Shown piece by piece: positions 4,931 through 5,033 of a stretch of DNA of 5,033 nucleotides. This DNA is from a virus (Duplodnaviria; Heunggongvirae; Uroviricota; Caudoviricetes), in the IMG/VR virus record IMGVR_UViG_2706794662_000015; one strand, given 5' to 3'. The notes under the pieces are model-generated. The model searched no databases. It was not told the origin of the DNA and was given only the letters and a program-made list of their open reading frames with translations. Numbering within the stretch: position 1 is the first letter of the stretch; every line of letters begins with the position of its first letter. Position numbers and translations under genes: made by a program.

Positions 4931-5033
4931 AATGAACGAGACAGAATTAAAACACGTTATCGCTCTACTCCTAAATAGCTGCGCGGAATAGTAGATCACT
5001 TTGAGGGAACTTAGCCCGGATTGTGCGATCTGA

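Overview
This window reads as the early (immunity plus replication) region of a lambdoid, Rac-type enterobacterial prophage, with the end of an IS3-family insertion sequence at its left edge. I see no clearly novel system; the most notable items are an assembly gap inside the DnaC-like gene, the IS junction, and the architecture of the replication initiator. On the minus strand, read right to left, one operon runs: Cro-like HTH (3953..3711), cII/YdaT-like (3714..3292), replication initiator with DUF1376-like N-terminus and DnaT-like C-terminus (3228..2080), DnaC-like helicase loader (2073..872, broken by a 250-N gap at 1568..1817 with diverged duplicate flanks), an HTH protein (857..435) and a small Cys/His protein (377..123). 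The IS3-family end occupies about 1..125, with the first 20 codons of its orfA at 61..1. On the plus strand are a cI-like repressor without a LexA-type cleavage domain (4050..4469), a rho-independent terminator, a near-consensus promoter and a 51-codon ORF (4775..4930). No tRNA, rRNA or CRISPR array was recognised. All homology statements come from reading the translations and from memory of protein families; no database search was run.
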